From Escherichia coli (GTDB lineage Bacteria; Pseudomonadota; Gammaproteobacteria; Enterobacterales; Enterobacteriaceae), in the NCBI RefSeq assembly GCF_013315695.1, contig NZ_CP054353.1: 64,000 bases of DNA, one strand, 5' to 3'. The number at the start of each line of letters is the position of its first letter. Position 1 is the first letter of the stretch. Positions 63,021 to 64,000 of this stretch are shown here, one piece after another. Position numbers and translations under genes: made by a program. The notes under the pieces are model-generated. The model was not told the origin of the DNA and searched no databases. It saw only the letters and a program-made list of their open reading frames with translations.

Positions 63021-64000
63021 TTACCAGGCGGTATGGTAAAGCTCTACAATATCCTCAAGCGTTGCTTCACGCGGGTTGCCACCGGTACAAACATCATCCA
63101 GTGCCGCCTGCGCCAGTGCCGGAATGTCTTCCTTGCGTACACCAACATCACGCAAATGTGGCGGAATACCGACATCACGGTTGAGAGCAAACACCGCTTC
63201 AACAGCGGCATTACGCGCCTCTTCCAGGCTCATACCTTCCGCTTTCACGCCCATAACGCGCGCGATATCGCGGTACTTCTCACCGGTACAGTCAGCGTTA
63301 TAGCGCATGACATGCGGTAACAGGATGGCGTTCGCAACACCGTGTGGCGTGTTGTAAAACGCGCCCAGTGGATGCGCCATACCATGCACCAACCCTAACC
63401 CAACATTCGAGAAGCCCATACCCGCAACATACTGCCCGAGCGCCATTTCTTCTCCGGCATCCTTATCACCAGCAACCGATCCTCGCAGCGCCCCAGCAAT
63501 GATTTCAATCGCTTTAATGTGCAGTGCATCAGTTAGTGCCCACGCGCCACGGGTAATATACCCCTCAATAGCATGAGTGAGCGCATCGACACCCGTCGCG
63601 GCTTTCAGCGCTGGAGGCATACCATCCATCATGTCAGCGTCAATAAACGCCACCTGCGGGATATCATGCGGATCAACGCAAACAAACTTGCGCCGTTTTT
63701 CTTCGTCAGTGATCACGTAGTTAATGGTCACTTCTGCCGCAGTACCTGCTGTGGTGGGGATTGCCAGAATCGGTACACTGGGTTTATTGGTCGGGGAAAG
63801 CCCTTCCAGGCTACGCACATCGGCAAACTCCGGGTTGTTGCTGATAATGCCAATCGCTTTACACGTATCCTGTGGAGAACCACCACCAATAGCGATCAGG
63901 TAATCCGCGCCGCTATTCTGGAATACATCGAGCCCTTCTTTGACGACAGTAATTGTTGGGTTGGGCACGACGCCGTCGTAAATCGCCCATGCCAGTCCTG
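63021..64000 (-). CDS. fucO: Lactaldehyde reductase FucO, 3' portion; 5' end beyond window
   Basis: Iron-containing alcohol dehydrogenase sequence; minus-strand frame still open at window end. Confidence 0.9.
   Translation of the reverse strand, partial: GLAWAIYDGVVPNPTITVVKEGLDVFQNSGADYLIAIGGGSPQDTCKAIGIISNNPEFADVRSLEGLSPTNKPSVPILAIPTTAGTAAEVTINYVITDEEKRRKFVCVDPHDIPQVAFIDADMMDGMPPALKAATGVDALTHAIEGYITRGAWALTDALHIKAIEIIAGALRGSVAGDKDAGEEMALGQYVAGMGFSNVGLGLVHGMAHPLGAFYNTPHGVANAILLPHVMRYNADCTGEKYRDIARVMGVKAEGMSLEEARNAAVEAVFALNRDVGIPPHLRDVGVRKEDIPALAQAALDDVCTGGNPREATLEDIVELYHTAW

Overview
This window is Escherichia coli chromosome with two parts. Positions 1-16641 are the late (lysis/tail) arm of a P2-like prophage whose right end abuts the 3' end of ssrA (tmRNA). 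It carries lysA/B/C, R, S, V, W, J, I, H, an invertible tail-fibre segment with a Pin-like serine invertase, FI, FII, E/E', T, U, D and ogr. Between ogr and the ssrA junction sits one AT-rich cargo gene on the opposite strand, an orphan ParA/MinD-like ATPase with an unrecognised C-terminal domain; this is my best candidate for an undescribed system (possible phage-defence or exclusion gene). Positions 16642-64000 are core genome: ssrA, smpB, ratAB, bamE, recN, nadK, grpE, yfjD, ypjD, ffh-rpsP-rimM-trmD-rplS, yfiBNR, yfiL, aroF-tyrA, pheLA, raiA, then an IS4 copy, then eno, pyrG, mazGFE, relA, rlmD, barA, gudDXP, yqcA, truC, yqcC, csrB, syd, queF, ppnN, sdaCB, xni and the 3' part of fucO. Other points worth a second look: the tail-fibre invertible segment looks decayed (fibre H stops shortly after the crossover site in both orientations, tfa copies are frameshifted); a low-GC acidic ORF lies between grpE and yfjD; and the IS4 has no target-site duplication and joins raiA to eno, which I recall as about 170 kb apart in K-12, suggesting an IS4-associated inversion. 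All identifications are from reading translations and motifs by eye; no database searches were run, and statements about K-12 gene order are from memory.
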